Shown here piece by piece: positions 43,476-51,161 of a stretch of DNA of 52,593 bases. Both the position numbers and the translations under genes were made by a program. The notes beneath the pieces were generated by a model that made no database searches, was not told the origin of the DNA, and saw only the letters and a program-made list of their open reading frames with translations. Numbering within the stretch: the stretch's first letter is position 1; the number at the start of each line of letters is the position of its first letter. The DNA comes from Patescibacteria group bacterium (GTDB lineage: Bacteria > Patescibacteriota > UBA1384 > UBA12157 > JAENIV01), in NCBI GenBank assembly GCA_035288145.1, contig DATEAX010000028.1:1-52593 (forward strand). The letters run 5' to 3'.

Positions 43476-45424
43476 AAAGGCTCTTCATTCTCCTTGTCCT
43501 CCTTGCCGAGCCGACCTTTGGTTCGGAAACTTGGCATCTTCCGCCGGAAAACTGGGGACGGCTCCATATCCCCGCGGATGAAAACTACTCGACCGCGGGC
43601 CAGCTTTCTTCGACCATCGCCCAAGGCACGCGGGTGGGGGTTTTCGGCCGGGCCGGGGCAAATCTCGATTATGGCGGCTGGCAGCTCAAAACCACCAGCT
43701 TCTGGCTACCAAATTCCGCCACCGGCGAAGGAGAAGAATTCTGGCAGGCCGTCGGCAATGTCTATCTCAAACCAGGGGGATTTCCCCTGGCTTTGACCGG
43801 CGCGGGAGCAACTGATTACCCGACCACTGCGATGTGGGCAACCCAGGGCTATGCCGTGCCGCCGCTCTTCGGTCTTCCCCAAGTAAGCCAAAAGGGCAAC
43901 TTTTATCCTTACGCCGCTGACGGCAAGACCACCATTGCCCAAAATGGTTGTCTTCTCTGCAGCATCCTTGCCGGGGCCAAGCGGATCAACCGTTGCCCGT
44001 GGAGCATTGAATTCTACAACGACTGGCTGGCGCTAAACCACGGCTTCAATGTCCGCGATATCCGCTGTCCGATTGCCGCCAACCTGGTGGGATTCCAGTA
44101 CATCGGCGAGTTTAAGTGGAACATCGCGACGATTGAGAAGTATCATGCCCGCGATTGGCATGAGGTCGGTAAAATGGGAGTCAAGCGGCGAAACGGCAAA
44201 TGGGGCACCCACTTTGTCGGCATCTCGCCCGGAGTGATTTTGCCCGGTAAGATTTTGGGGATGATGGACCCAGCTTGCCGGTCGGATTACTTTAACCAGA
44301 CGCGCTATCGGCCGCGCCGGATTAAGGTTTTCGCCCCGGTCGTTCCCCAGGACAGCGCCAGCTTGGTGAGCATCCCCTATCTTTGGCGGCAAAACGGCTG
44401 GTGGCTCGGGACGCCGGTTTATCCGCCTGACTGGGGAACAATTGCCTCGGCTTCGGAGAATTCGTCTCCGGATGTTTCGTCGCGGCCAGCGGCCAATCAA
44501 TTGGCCGGCGCAACCCTGGCAAGTTCCGGTCTGGCCCGGCTCGATGCTTTTACCAATCAAAACGTCTTTCTCGAAAGGGTCGAGACGCCGCGGTTTATTT
44601 TGACCCCGGAAAATTCCGAGGAGGTCGCCGAAGGAGCAACTCTGGATACCGATTTCGGCAGTGCTCCCGAAGACGATGATTCACTCGAGATTGACGAGGA
44701 AGATTTGCTCTCCGAGCCGCCGCCGGACGATCATTCAGTCATGGGACTGCTGGCCGCACCGCAGGGTCGATACATCTTCTTCCTTTCCGGCCCGCCCAAT
44801 GCTCCTTACCAAGTGACTTGCTGGGGGATGGATAACCTCGGGAAGCCGATGGCGGACAAAATCCTTGCCGGCGTCCTTGACGCAAGCGGCAAAGCAAGTA
44901 CCTTTGTGGATTTTGACCCAGGTATCACCGCCTTCAAACTGGGTACTATCCGTCAAATGAGCGTCGGCTCCGAAGTGAGTTTCTCTTCGGAAGTGACCGA
45001 AACCTCGGCGACGGAGTTTTCCGTAGAGAATGCCGACCGAAGCGCCGGCGTAAAAGTCCTTTCATTGGCCGAGCCGTCAATCGGCGCGACGGTCTGGACG
45101 CGGGGCAAGGTAATCTCGCTTGCACCAGAGATTATTGTCGAAGCAACCGAGGTCAAAATCCTTGGAAGCGGTCTTCCGACCATCAAACCGCTCGGGATTG
45201 CCGGAAAATGGCCGACGCTTGCCAACGGACTGCTGGCAAAAATTGCCGGCAAAGTTGCCACCGTCAATGGTTCAACCGCGATTATCGATGATGGCGGAGA
45301 AATCCTGACATTGACCGCGGTCGACAAACCGCTCAAAACCGGGGACTTTGTGACTCTCGTCACCGTTCTTCGGGCAAACAAAATCCTCCGGCCAAGACCC
45401 GGCTCAATTCAAATCTTGGATTGA
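43472..45424 (+). CDS. secreted protein with papain-like Cys-His-Asp domain (C39/NlpC-P60-like order) and C-terminal OB-like module
   Basis: signal peptide MKRLFILLVLLAEPTFG; QNGCLLCSILAG, GKWGTHFVGI, MMDP; acidic linker; tail KIAGKVATVNGSTAIIDDGGEILTL resembles the tail of the 5008-6993 nuclease. Confidence 0.6.
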   Translation: MKRLFILLVLLAEPTFGSETWHLPPENWGRLHIPADENYSTAGQLSSTIAQGTRVGVFGRAGANLDYGGWQLKTTSFWLPNSATGEGEEFWQAVGNVYLKPGGFPLALTGAGATDYPTTAMWATQGYAVPPLFGLPQVSQKGNFYPYAADGKTTIAQNGCLLCSILAGAKRINRCPWSIEFYNDWLALNHGFNVRDIRCPIAANLVGFQYIGEFKWNIATIEKYHARDWHEVGKMGVKRRNGKWGTHFVGISPGVILPGKILGMMDPACRSDYFNQTRYRPRRIKVFAPVVPQDSASLVSIPYLWRQNGWWLGTPVYPPDWGTIASASENSSPDVSSRPAANQLAGATLASSGLARLDAFTNQNVFLERVETPRFILTPENSEEVAEGATLDTDFGSAPEDDDSLEIDEEDLLSEPPPDDHSVMGLLAAPQGRYIFFLSGPPNAPYQVTCWGMDNLGKPMADKILAGVLDASGKASTFVDFDPGITAFKLGTIRQMSVGSEVSFSSEVTETSATEFSVENADRSAGVKVLSLAEPSIGATVWTRGKVISLAPEIIVEATEVKILGSGLPTIKPLGIAGKWPTLANGLLAKIAGKVATVNGSTAIIDDGGEILTLTAVDKPLKTGDFVTLVTVLRANKILRPRPGSIQILD

Positions 45425-45433
45425 GCCATTTGC

Positions 45434-45466
45434 CCCCGCACCATTCTTTGAAGGGTGCGGGGTTTT
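45434..45466 (+). terminator. intrinsic terminator after the peptidase-like gene
   Basis: CCCCGCACC / GGTGCGGGG stem then TTTT. Confidence 0.7.
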
Positions 45467-45478
45467 CAATTACACCAC

Positions 45479-45509
45479 TTGACTTTTTTTTGCCATAATG
45501 TGATATAAT
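45479..45509 (+). promoter_or_regulatory. extended -10 promoter placing the TSS at or next to the ATG of 45516 (leaderless)
   Basis: TTGACT 45479-45484; TG-A-TATAAT 45501-45509; ATG at 45516; 12-mer TGTGATATAATT also at 41868-41879. Confidence 0.5.
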
Positions 45510-45515
45510 TAAAAT

Positions 45516-46028
45516 ATGAAACAACCAATTCTAAAAATCATTCTCATCATCCTCGCGGTCGCGATTCTCGGAACCGGGGTGGCCTACGGCACCATCAACT
45601 TGGTTAAAAGGAAAGAAAATCCCCCTTCACCCACCCCAACGCCGAGCATCACCCCCCGAATATCGCCGACCTCGCCGGCAACCACACCCACATTTGATAC
45701 GACGCCAAAATCCGCTGAAGTATTGACTGCCGCTTTACTCTGGGCAAGACGCGACGAGCTGGTGGGACAAACCGTCATTGTTGAAGATGTCGTTACTTTT
45801 CTTTCCAGCTGTCCGACAGTGGAAGGCGTCCGGCCCGAACAATGTTCGACCGGTCTTTATCTTGGAAGCCAGGAAGACAACAACTTTGCTCTCTATAAAA
45901 ACGGTAAGACAATCACCTGTCGAGGCATGCCCGCCACCTGTGAGGGTTTTGCCAAAGACCAAAAAAAGCGTTTTTCCGGGACTTTGGTCAAAAGCCAACT
46001 GACCACCTATTATCTTAATGTTCTCTAA
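45516..46028 (+). CDS. membrane-anchored protein with P/T/S linker (170 aa), unknown function
   Basis: N-terminal TM starting at residue 5, PSPTPTPSITP linker, Cys-containing globular domain. Confidence 0.6.
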   Translation: MKQPILKIILIILAVAILGTGVAYGTINLVKRKENPPSPTPTPSITPRISPTSPATTPTFDTTPKSAEVLTAALLWARRDELVGQTVIVEDVVTFLSSCPTVEGVRPEQCSTGLYLGSQEDNNFALYKNGKTITCRGMPATCEGFAKDQKKRFSGTLVKSQLTTYYLNVL

Positions 46029-46059
46029 GCCGCCTTTTTTCTAATTTACGGGTAAAAAC

Positions 46060-46088
46060 TTGACAGGGCCTTAAAAATCCTCTATACT
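46060..46088 (+). promoter_or_regulatory. sigma-70-type promoter of 46145-46567
   Basis: TTGACA 46060-46065, 17-nt spacer, TATACT 46083-46088. Confidence 0.55.
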
Positions 46089-46144
46089 ATCCTCAAATCC
46101 GAGCGATCGGCTTCTCCCGCAGGTTCACAGGGAGGTGATTTCCG

Positions 46145-46567
46145 ATGACACTCGGCGAGGCGAAAGAGATTTTGAAGGGGTATTACCCTTTCAGAATCCA
46201 AAGAAAACGATTGCGTCTTAACCTAGACGCGCTGGCCAAAGAAACAAACTACCAACCGCTGGTAGATGGCCCAACTCAAAAGAGCTGGCCGATATCAGAC
46301 CTGATCCCCAACGAATCGCCGGATAAGCAGGCACGATTTCGTGCCGCTTTCCGGACGATCTGGGAAGCGGAAAAACTGAAGGTGGAAGGGTTGTGGGACG
46401 ACCCCTGGTGGACCGATCTCAAGGTAGAACCGTTTTCGAAGCGGCAGACCTCCGAGATCTATCTCTGGGTTTCCAAGAGTTTGTCCCTATCACAAATCCG
46501 AATCCTCGAGGACACCCTCGAGCAAATTGCCCCTGAAGCAGTTTGCTTTGAAAGGGTGGCCGCATAA
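46145..46567 (+). CDS. orphan protein (140 aa)
   Basis: GGAGGTGA RBS 6 nt upstream; own promoter and terminator. Confidence 0.55.
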   Translation: MTLGEAKEILKGYYPFRIQRKRLRLNLDALAKETNYQPLVDGPTQKSWPISDLIPNESPDKQARFRAAFRTIWEAEKLKVEGLWDDPWWTDLKVEPFSKRQTSEIYLWVSKSLSLSQIRILEDTLEQIAPEAVCFERVAA

Positions 46568-46586
46568 CCGAACTTGCGGGAGTTTC

Positions 46587-46630
46587 TGCCCCGGTGTTGT
46601 TTTCGCCCAACTCAACCGGGGCATTTTTTT
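46587..46630 (+). terminator. intrinsic terminator
   Basis: TGCCCCGGT 46587-46595 / ACCGGGGCA 46615-46623 then TTTTTTT. Confidence 0.7.
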
Positions 46631-46668
46631 AAGTATTTAATATTTGAAGTCCGTTTGAGTCCGGAAAT

Positions 46669-47289
46669 TTAATCCAATGGCGTCGGGGTGGGGGTGGGTG
46701 CGAAGAGACAGGTGATTGGGTCCTTTATTTCACCTGTAGATTCATTGCCCGATGGATCCCGAAATTTTACCCAAACCGTTTTGGTGGAAAAGGGGTTGCC
46801 GCAGGGCGAGCCGCCATAGCGGTCATCAGCCAGATTCCAATTCGTCCGGGTGGTTTGGTATGCCTCGTATGGGCTCCATTTGGTCGTCGGAGGGTTGCCG
46901 GCAAGATAATTATTGGTAAATTTCATCGCCTGAACCGTGCCGTTGTTATCAGTAGCGCTTAAATTCAAAGTCACCGCGGTCCCTCCTGTTACTTTCGGAG
47001 CATCATTATTGATTTTGATGGTGCCGGTCGGCGGGGTAATGTCCCCAAGCACTTGGGTCTCCAGGGTGTTGCTTAAGATATTGTGGCTTCCCTGACTATC
47101 GGTATAATTTAGACTAGCGGTATTTTGAATTGTGCCAATAACCTCGGCTTTAAAAACCTGGGTGGAAATAAAGATGCCGGCAGCAAGGAGTGTCAGCCCA
47201 TACAAGCCAAAAATAATTTTCTGCCGTTTAGCCAGACGGTGAAAAGTTTTTTTAAGCCAGGCGATAATTTTTTTGGTCATTGGACTCAA
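46669..47289 (-). CDS. membrane-anchored surface protein (206 aa), Ig-like/DUF11-like beta domains
   Basis: N-terminal TM; beta-rich; PTPTPTP tail; 10-nt gap to the LVIVD gene. Confidence 0.55.
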   Translation of the reverse strand: MSPMTKKIIAWLKKTFHRLAKRQKIIFGLYGLTLLAAGIFISTQVFKAEVIGTIQNTASLNYTDSQGSHNILSNTLETQVLGDITPPTGTIKINNDAPKVTGGTAVTLNLSATDNNGTVQAMKFTNNYLAGNPPTTKWSPYEAYQTTRTNWNLADDRYGGSPCGNPFSTKTVWVKFRDPSGNESTGEIKDPITCLFAPTPTPTPLD

Positions 47290-47299
47290 TCTCCCCTAT

Positions 47300-49570
47300 T
47301 TAATTTGCCGTTACCTGAAAAGTGACTGTAATCGTGCTCCCCGGTTGGCCCGTGGGGGCAATGCTTTGAAATTGGAAACCGCTGAAATAAAGAACATTGT
47401 TGTTAAGAGTAAAACTGTCGTCGCCAGCGGCTTCGGTGACGGTCGAGCCATTGACTTTGGTCTGACCCGAAACATAGGTGGAACCGGCAGGGACGGCATC
47501 AGCTAAACTTAAGGCCGTCATCGTCTGGCTGGTGGGGTTGGTAATCGTTAAAGTGTAGGCGATTGTTCCGCCGCGGCTGACCGATGAGGGTCCGGTTTTG
47601 ACAAGTTGAAGCGGGGTCGGGGTCGTCCCGACTGAAGCAATGTCTATCAAATAATTATCGTCGGTTAAGAAGGCGTAACCCCCGGAAGCGGTCACGGCGC
47701 GGACAACACCGACAACACCGCCAGGATATGGCAATGTCAGAAAAGCCGTCTCTTGGGGAGCGGCGGGATTGCTAACATTGAAAATCTGGAGACCCTTAGT
47801 GGTGTTGCTGGAGATGGCGACATAAGCCGAAGTTCCCGAGACATATACCCCGAACGCCGAGTCCTTAGTCACTGTCCTGGAAACCTGCTGAAGAGCGCTG
47901 GGATTGCTGATGTTCAAGATATAGAGACCGGCGGTTCTGGCCGCCACATAGGCAAGGTTTCCGGAGATAACCACATCGTTGGCAAAATTAGCGGTCGTAA
48001 ATGAACTCAATATTCGTGGAGCGGCGGCATTGGCAACATCAATGCTCTGAACCGCGCCGGTGCTGGTGCCGCTACCATCAGCAACAATTGCCGTATTGCC
48101 GCTTACTGCGACGGAAAAAGCCTGTCCAGGGGTATCCAGCTGACCAAGAATACTGGGAGCGGCGGGATTACTGACATTGGCAATCACCAAACCGGCCAAA
48201 TAATCGGCAATGTAGGCCTTGCCCGAAGCCACCGTTACCCCGTAGCCGGAATCGGGCAAGTTCAGAGTTCCTGTAAGTGTTGGGCTAAGGGGATTTTGGA
48301 TGTTGATGATTTTGAGAGTTTGATTATCCGTGGCGTAAAGGTAATTGCCCTCAATGGTCAAGTCGTTGACTGCTCCGAGGGTGAAAGTGGCGATATGAAC
48401 CGGGGCATTGGGCTGACTGATATTGTAAATCCAAATGTCGGCCTTGTTGCCGCTAGAAACATTGTTCACTGCGTAAAGATAAGACCCGCTTATGGCAACC
48501 GCCGGCACATTAATCACCTTGCCTAAACGCCCCAAGACCGATGGACTCGAGGGATTGGTGATATTAATGGTTACCAGACCGCCTTGGCCGCTGGCAACGA
48601 CTGCAAACCCGCTGACAACGGCTGGCCGGCCGCGCAAGAAGCCGGTGAGAGCCACAAAAGAAGCGCTCTGGGGCAAAGCCGGGTTAGAAAGATTAAAGAT
48701 TTCCAAACCGTTATTCGTCGTAATGCCAGAATATTCGGTCATAAAAAGGTAGCTGCCGAGAACGGTCAAACCAGAGGCCGCCCCTCTGGTAATTACCCTG
48801 TTGACCAATTGGGGACTGCTGGGATTGGCAATGCTTACAACAAGAAGTCCGCCGGTAGAAATGTTGGCATCGGCGACATAGGCATAGCTACCACTTAAGC
48901 TAACATCCATGGCGACGGCGGCGGCCAGCGTTCCTAAAACCCGGGGAGATGCGGAATTGCTGACATCAGCGGTAATCACGCCGGTCGTATCGGCAATCAC
49001 CGCGGTTGTTCCGGTAATGGCCGATGCCCGGGCAAAGTTCGGCGTATTTAAAGTGCCGAGAACACTGGGAGCGGCAGGATTGCTAATGTTGATGATTGCC
49101 AAACCGAGGGTGCCGATACTCACATAGGCCTTGGTCCCGGAAATGGTTATCCCGTTAATTGCCTCTCCCAAAGTTAGGGAACCCGCCACGACCGGATTAG
49201 CGGGATCGGTGACTTGAAAAACCTTAAAATTCTTATCAGCCCCGACATAAGCGTAATTTCCCGAGACAGCGATAGCAAGGAAGATGGTCGAATCAAAAAA
49301 ACTTTTAACAAGAATCTTGCTCGGTGTGCTTACATCAGCGATATGGAAACCAAGCGATGAAGTCGTATAAACGTAATTTCCGGCTATCGCCACTTGATAG
49401 GTCTCGCCGCTCATCGCCGGCGTTTTACCAATCCACTGGGCGGTTTGGGCTTCGGCTTTGGGAACAACTTTACCCGCAAAGTTAAAAGAAAGCACACTTG
49501 TCAGCAAGAGCGACAAAACTATCCCTTGGAGAACTTTAATAATGATAAATCCCCGTTTGGCCTGTTTCAA
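47300..49570 (-). CDS. secreted LVIVD-repeat beta-propeller protein with C-terminal DUF11-type domain
   Basis: signal peptide; ~40-aa repeats (SGNYAYVA.., GL.I.NISNPAAP, GTL); tail GGTIAYTLTITNPTSQ..AVPAGSTYVSG. Confidence 0.8.
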   Translation of the reverse strand: MKQAKRGFIIIKVLQGIVLSLLLTSVLSFNFAGKVVPKAEAQTAQWIGKTPAMSGETYQVAIAGNYVYTTSSLGFHIADVSTPSKILVKSFFDSTIFLAIAVSGNYAYVGADKNFKVFQVTDPANPVVAGSLTLGEAINGITISGTKAYVSIGTLGLAIINISNPAAPSVLGTLNTPNFARASAITGTTAVIADTTGVITADVSNSASPRVLGTLAAAVAMDVSLSGSYAYVADANISTGGLLVVSIANPSSPQLVNRVITRGAASGLTVLGSYLFMTEYSGITTNNGLEIFNLSNPALPQSASFVALTGFLRGRPAVVSGFAVVASGQGGLVTINITNPSSPSVLGRLGKVINVPAVAISGSYLYAVNNVSSGNKADIWIYNISQPNAPVHIATFTLGAVNDLTIEGNYLYATDNQTLKIINIQNPLSPTLTGTLNLPDSGYGVTVASGKAYIADYLAGLVIANVSNPAAPSILGQLDTPGQAFSVAVSGNTAIVADGSGTSTGAVQSIDVANAAAPRILSSFTTANFANDVVISGNLAYVAARTAGLYILNISNPSALQQVSRTVTKDSAFGVYVSGTSAYVAISSNTTKGLQIFNVSNPAAPQETAFLTLPYPGGVVGVVRAVTASGGYAFLTDDNYLIDIASVGTTPTPLQLVKTGPSSVSRGGTIAYTLTITNPTSQTMTALSLADAVPAGSTYVSGQTKVNGSTVTEAAGDDSFTLNNNVLYFSGFQFQSIAPTGQPGSTITVTFQVTAN

Positions 49571-49599
49571 ACTCCCTCCTTTTAATGCGGTCTATATTT

Positions 49600-49627
49600 A
49601 TTATAAACCGACATTTCATTCTGTCAA
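49600..49627 (-). promoter_or_regulatory. sigma-70-type promoter of the LVIVD operon
   Basis: minus strand TTGACA (49627-49622), 16-nt spacer, TATAAT (49605-49600). Confidence 0.5.
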
Positions 49628-49635
49628 GTAAAATT

Positions 49636-49670
49636 TTAAAAAACAATCCCCATCCGTATGGATGGGGATT
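49636..49670 (-). terminator. intrinsic terminator of the phosphatase-like gene
   Basis: AATCCCCATCC 49646-49655 / GGATGGGGATT 49660-49670, T-run on the minus strand. Confidence 0.7.
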
Positions 49671-50104
49671 TAACCGCCGTGCTTGAGGGAAAAATTGCGC
49701 CAAAAGTTCTCTTGACTGCCGGTTTCAACCGGTCCCGCTTTCTCCATCACCTGATGGAACGAAAGATTCCTTTCGCGAATCAGCCACAAGCCAGCCATCA
49801 GATTCGTCCTGCCCTTACCATAACGGCTGTGAATAAGAACAGGATGCTTCAGAAGTATCTCGTGGTAAAGAATTTCAAAAAACTCTTCAAGTTCGCGGCA
49901 AGACGGCGTATCACCCTCTTTAAGATAAAGGGTATAATGGGCGATGCACCGACGTTTGATCTCTTCTTCCGTTTCTTTAGAGAGCGGCTCTAAAGAGATA
50001 ATCGCTTCAATCCCTTTATCAAAAAGAAACTTGATATCCTCTGCTTCAGGCATCTCTGACCCGGCCAAGACACCTTCCTCGAACCATTGAAATCGGTCAT
50101 GCAT
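49670..50104 (-). CDS. dual-specificity/PTP-fold phosphatase homologue with Ser in place of the nucleophile Cys
   Basis: VLIHSRYGKGRTNLMAGLWLI aligns to the HCxxGxxR(S/T) P-loop; Ser codon AGC at 49826-49828. Confidence 0.7.
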   Translation of the reverse strand: MHDRFQWFEEGVLAGSEMPEAEDIKFLFDKGIEAIISLEPLSKETEEEIKRRCIAHYTLYLKEGDTPSCRELEEFFEILYHEILLKHPVLIHSRYGKGRTNLMAGLWLIRERNLSFHQVMEKAGPVETGSQENFWRNFSLKHGG

Positions 50105-50206
50105 TCATCTCACCCCCTTTCACCCCTTTGTATCTTGTTATCCGTTAGAATAGCACAGTTTCCTCCGAATTGCCAGAACAAATCCGTGATAAAAACGGTC
50201 GTCTTA

Positions 50207-50245
50207 CAAAAAGAGCCCCCACACCTTGCAAGCAGGGTGTGGGGG
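50207..50245 (-). terminator. intrinsic terminator closing the vWA operon
   Basis: CCCCCACACC 50216-50225 / GGTGTGGGGG 50236-50245; minus strand continues CTCTTTTT. Confidence 0.75.
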
Positions 50246-50250
50246 ATAGA

Positions 50251-51147
50251 CTAGTCGGTAATCGCCAGCGGCCGCATCGCTCTTTCGACGATGGGCCCTA
50301 CCCCCGGGGAAACCGGGAAAGTGAACTCATCGCGCCTTGTCCACGTCGGCTCCTTAACCAGAAACTCGACGTGAAGCCAGGGAGCTGTCTGATGGAGGAA
50401 AACCACCGCCAGCTCCTTTTCGCCAGCGTTCTCGGCAATGGCAATCGCCCGCTCAAGGCAGACATCGGCGTTCGGCTGGTCCTTTACGACCACGACCTTG
50501 GCCGGATAGATATTCGGCAGGATCGGGGTGAAGGTCTCCGCCAGCCAAAGTCCGGAGCTGGCGGTCTTGCCGGAGAAATGATTGACCGCCTCTTCGGCCA
50601 GCTTGAAATGGGCCACAGTTCTCGTCCTGTCCATTTGCTGGGCCTGCGTCGGCAGCATCATTTCCCGGCTCGACCGATTAACTTCGCCCGCCAGCTGGTT
50701 GGTCTTTTCGATGAGCAATTGGCCGTAATGGCGAGAATCCTCGTCTTGGCGGTCAATATTGCCTAAAACGGAGACAACCTGTCCGCCGGTGCGGGGAAAA
50801 CCGGTACCCATAAGGTAATTGAACTGAAATTCATCCTCATTGGGTTTGAGGGAAATCGCCCGATTCATCGTCCCGAGATCGTCGATATAGAGCCCGCGCA
50901 GACTGGTCGGGATTTCCGATGCCTCCTCAATCGTTGTCTCGTGTCCTTCGGCGTCAATCCCCATATGCCGGTAGCAACTGGCGAGAAAAATCGCCCGGTC
51001 CCGCTCCGGGTCATAGATATCGGTCTTGCCGATTATCTCCCGTACACGAACCGCCTTCAGCGTACCGGCTTTCTCGAGACACCGGGCCTTTTCCATGCCG
51101 CCGTCGTGAGCGCCGCCGTCAATCATCGCAGGTGTTCTTGTTTGCAT
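50251..51147 (-). CDS. soluble protein of unknown family (298 aa), last gene of the vWA operon
   Basis: ATG 51147 is 6 nt after AAAGGAGGTGA (the track start 51165 lies inside that RBS); no motif recognised. Confidence 0.6.
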   Translation of the reverse strand: MQTRTPAMIDGGAHDGGMEKARCLEKAGTLKAVRVREIIGKTDIYDPERDRAIFLASCYRHMGIDAEGHETTIEEASEIPTSLRGLYIDDLGTMNRAISLKPNEDEFQFNYLMGTGFPRTGGQVVSVLGNIDRQDEDSRHYGQLLIEKTNQLAGEVNRSSREMMLPTQAQQMDRTRTVAHFKLAEEAVNHFSGKTASSGLWLAETFTPILPNIYPAKVVVVKDQPNADVCLERAIAIAENAGEKELAVVFLHQTAPWLHVEFLVKEPTWTRRDEFTFPVSPGVGPIVERAMRPLAITD

Positions 51148-51161
51148 CTTATCACCTCCTT

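Noticed and set aside
44033-44560. 175-aa minus-strand ORF inside the secreted Cys-His-Asp protein gene
   Set aside because: It is an Arg-rich shadow ORF with no start signals. The plus-strand gene has a signal peptide, an RBS and a terminator.
50251-51147. The 298-aa operon protein as a PP2C phosphatase (MIDGGAHDGG) or a caspase-like His/Cys protease (AHDGG..ASCYRH)
   Set aside because: The later PP2C motifs (GDSR, DG pairs) are absent. The putative His sits at the extreme N-terminus without the preceding strands that a caspase fold needs. This is motif resemblance only.
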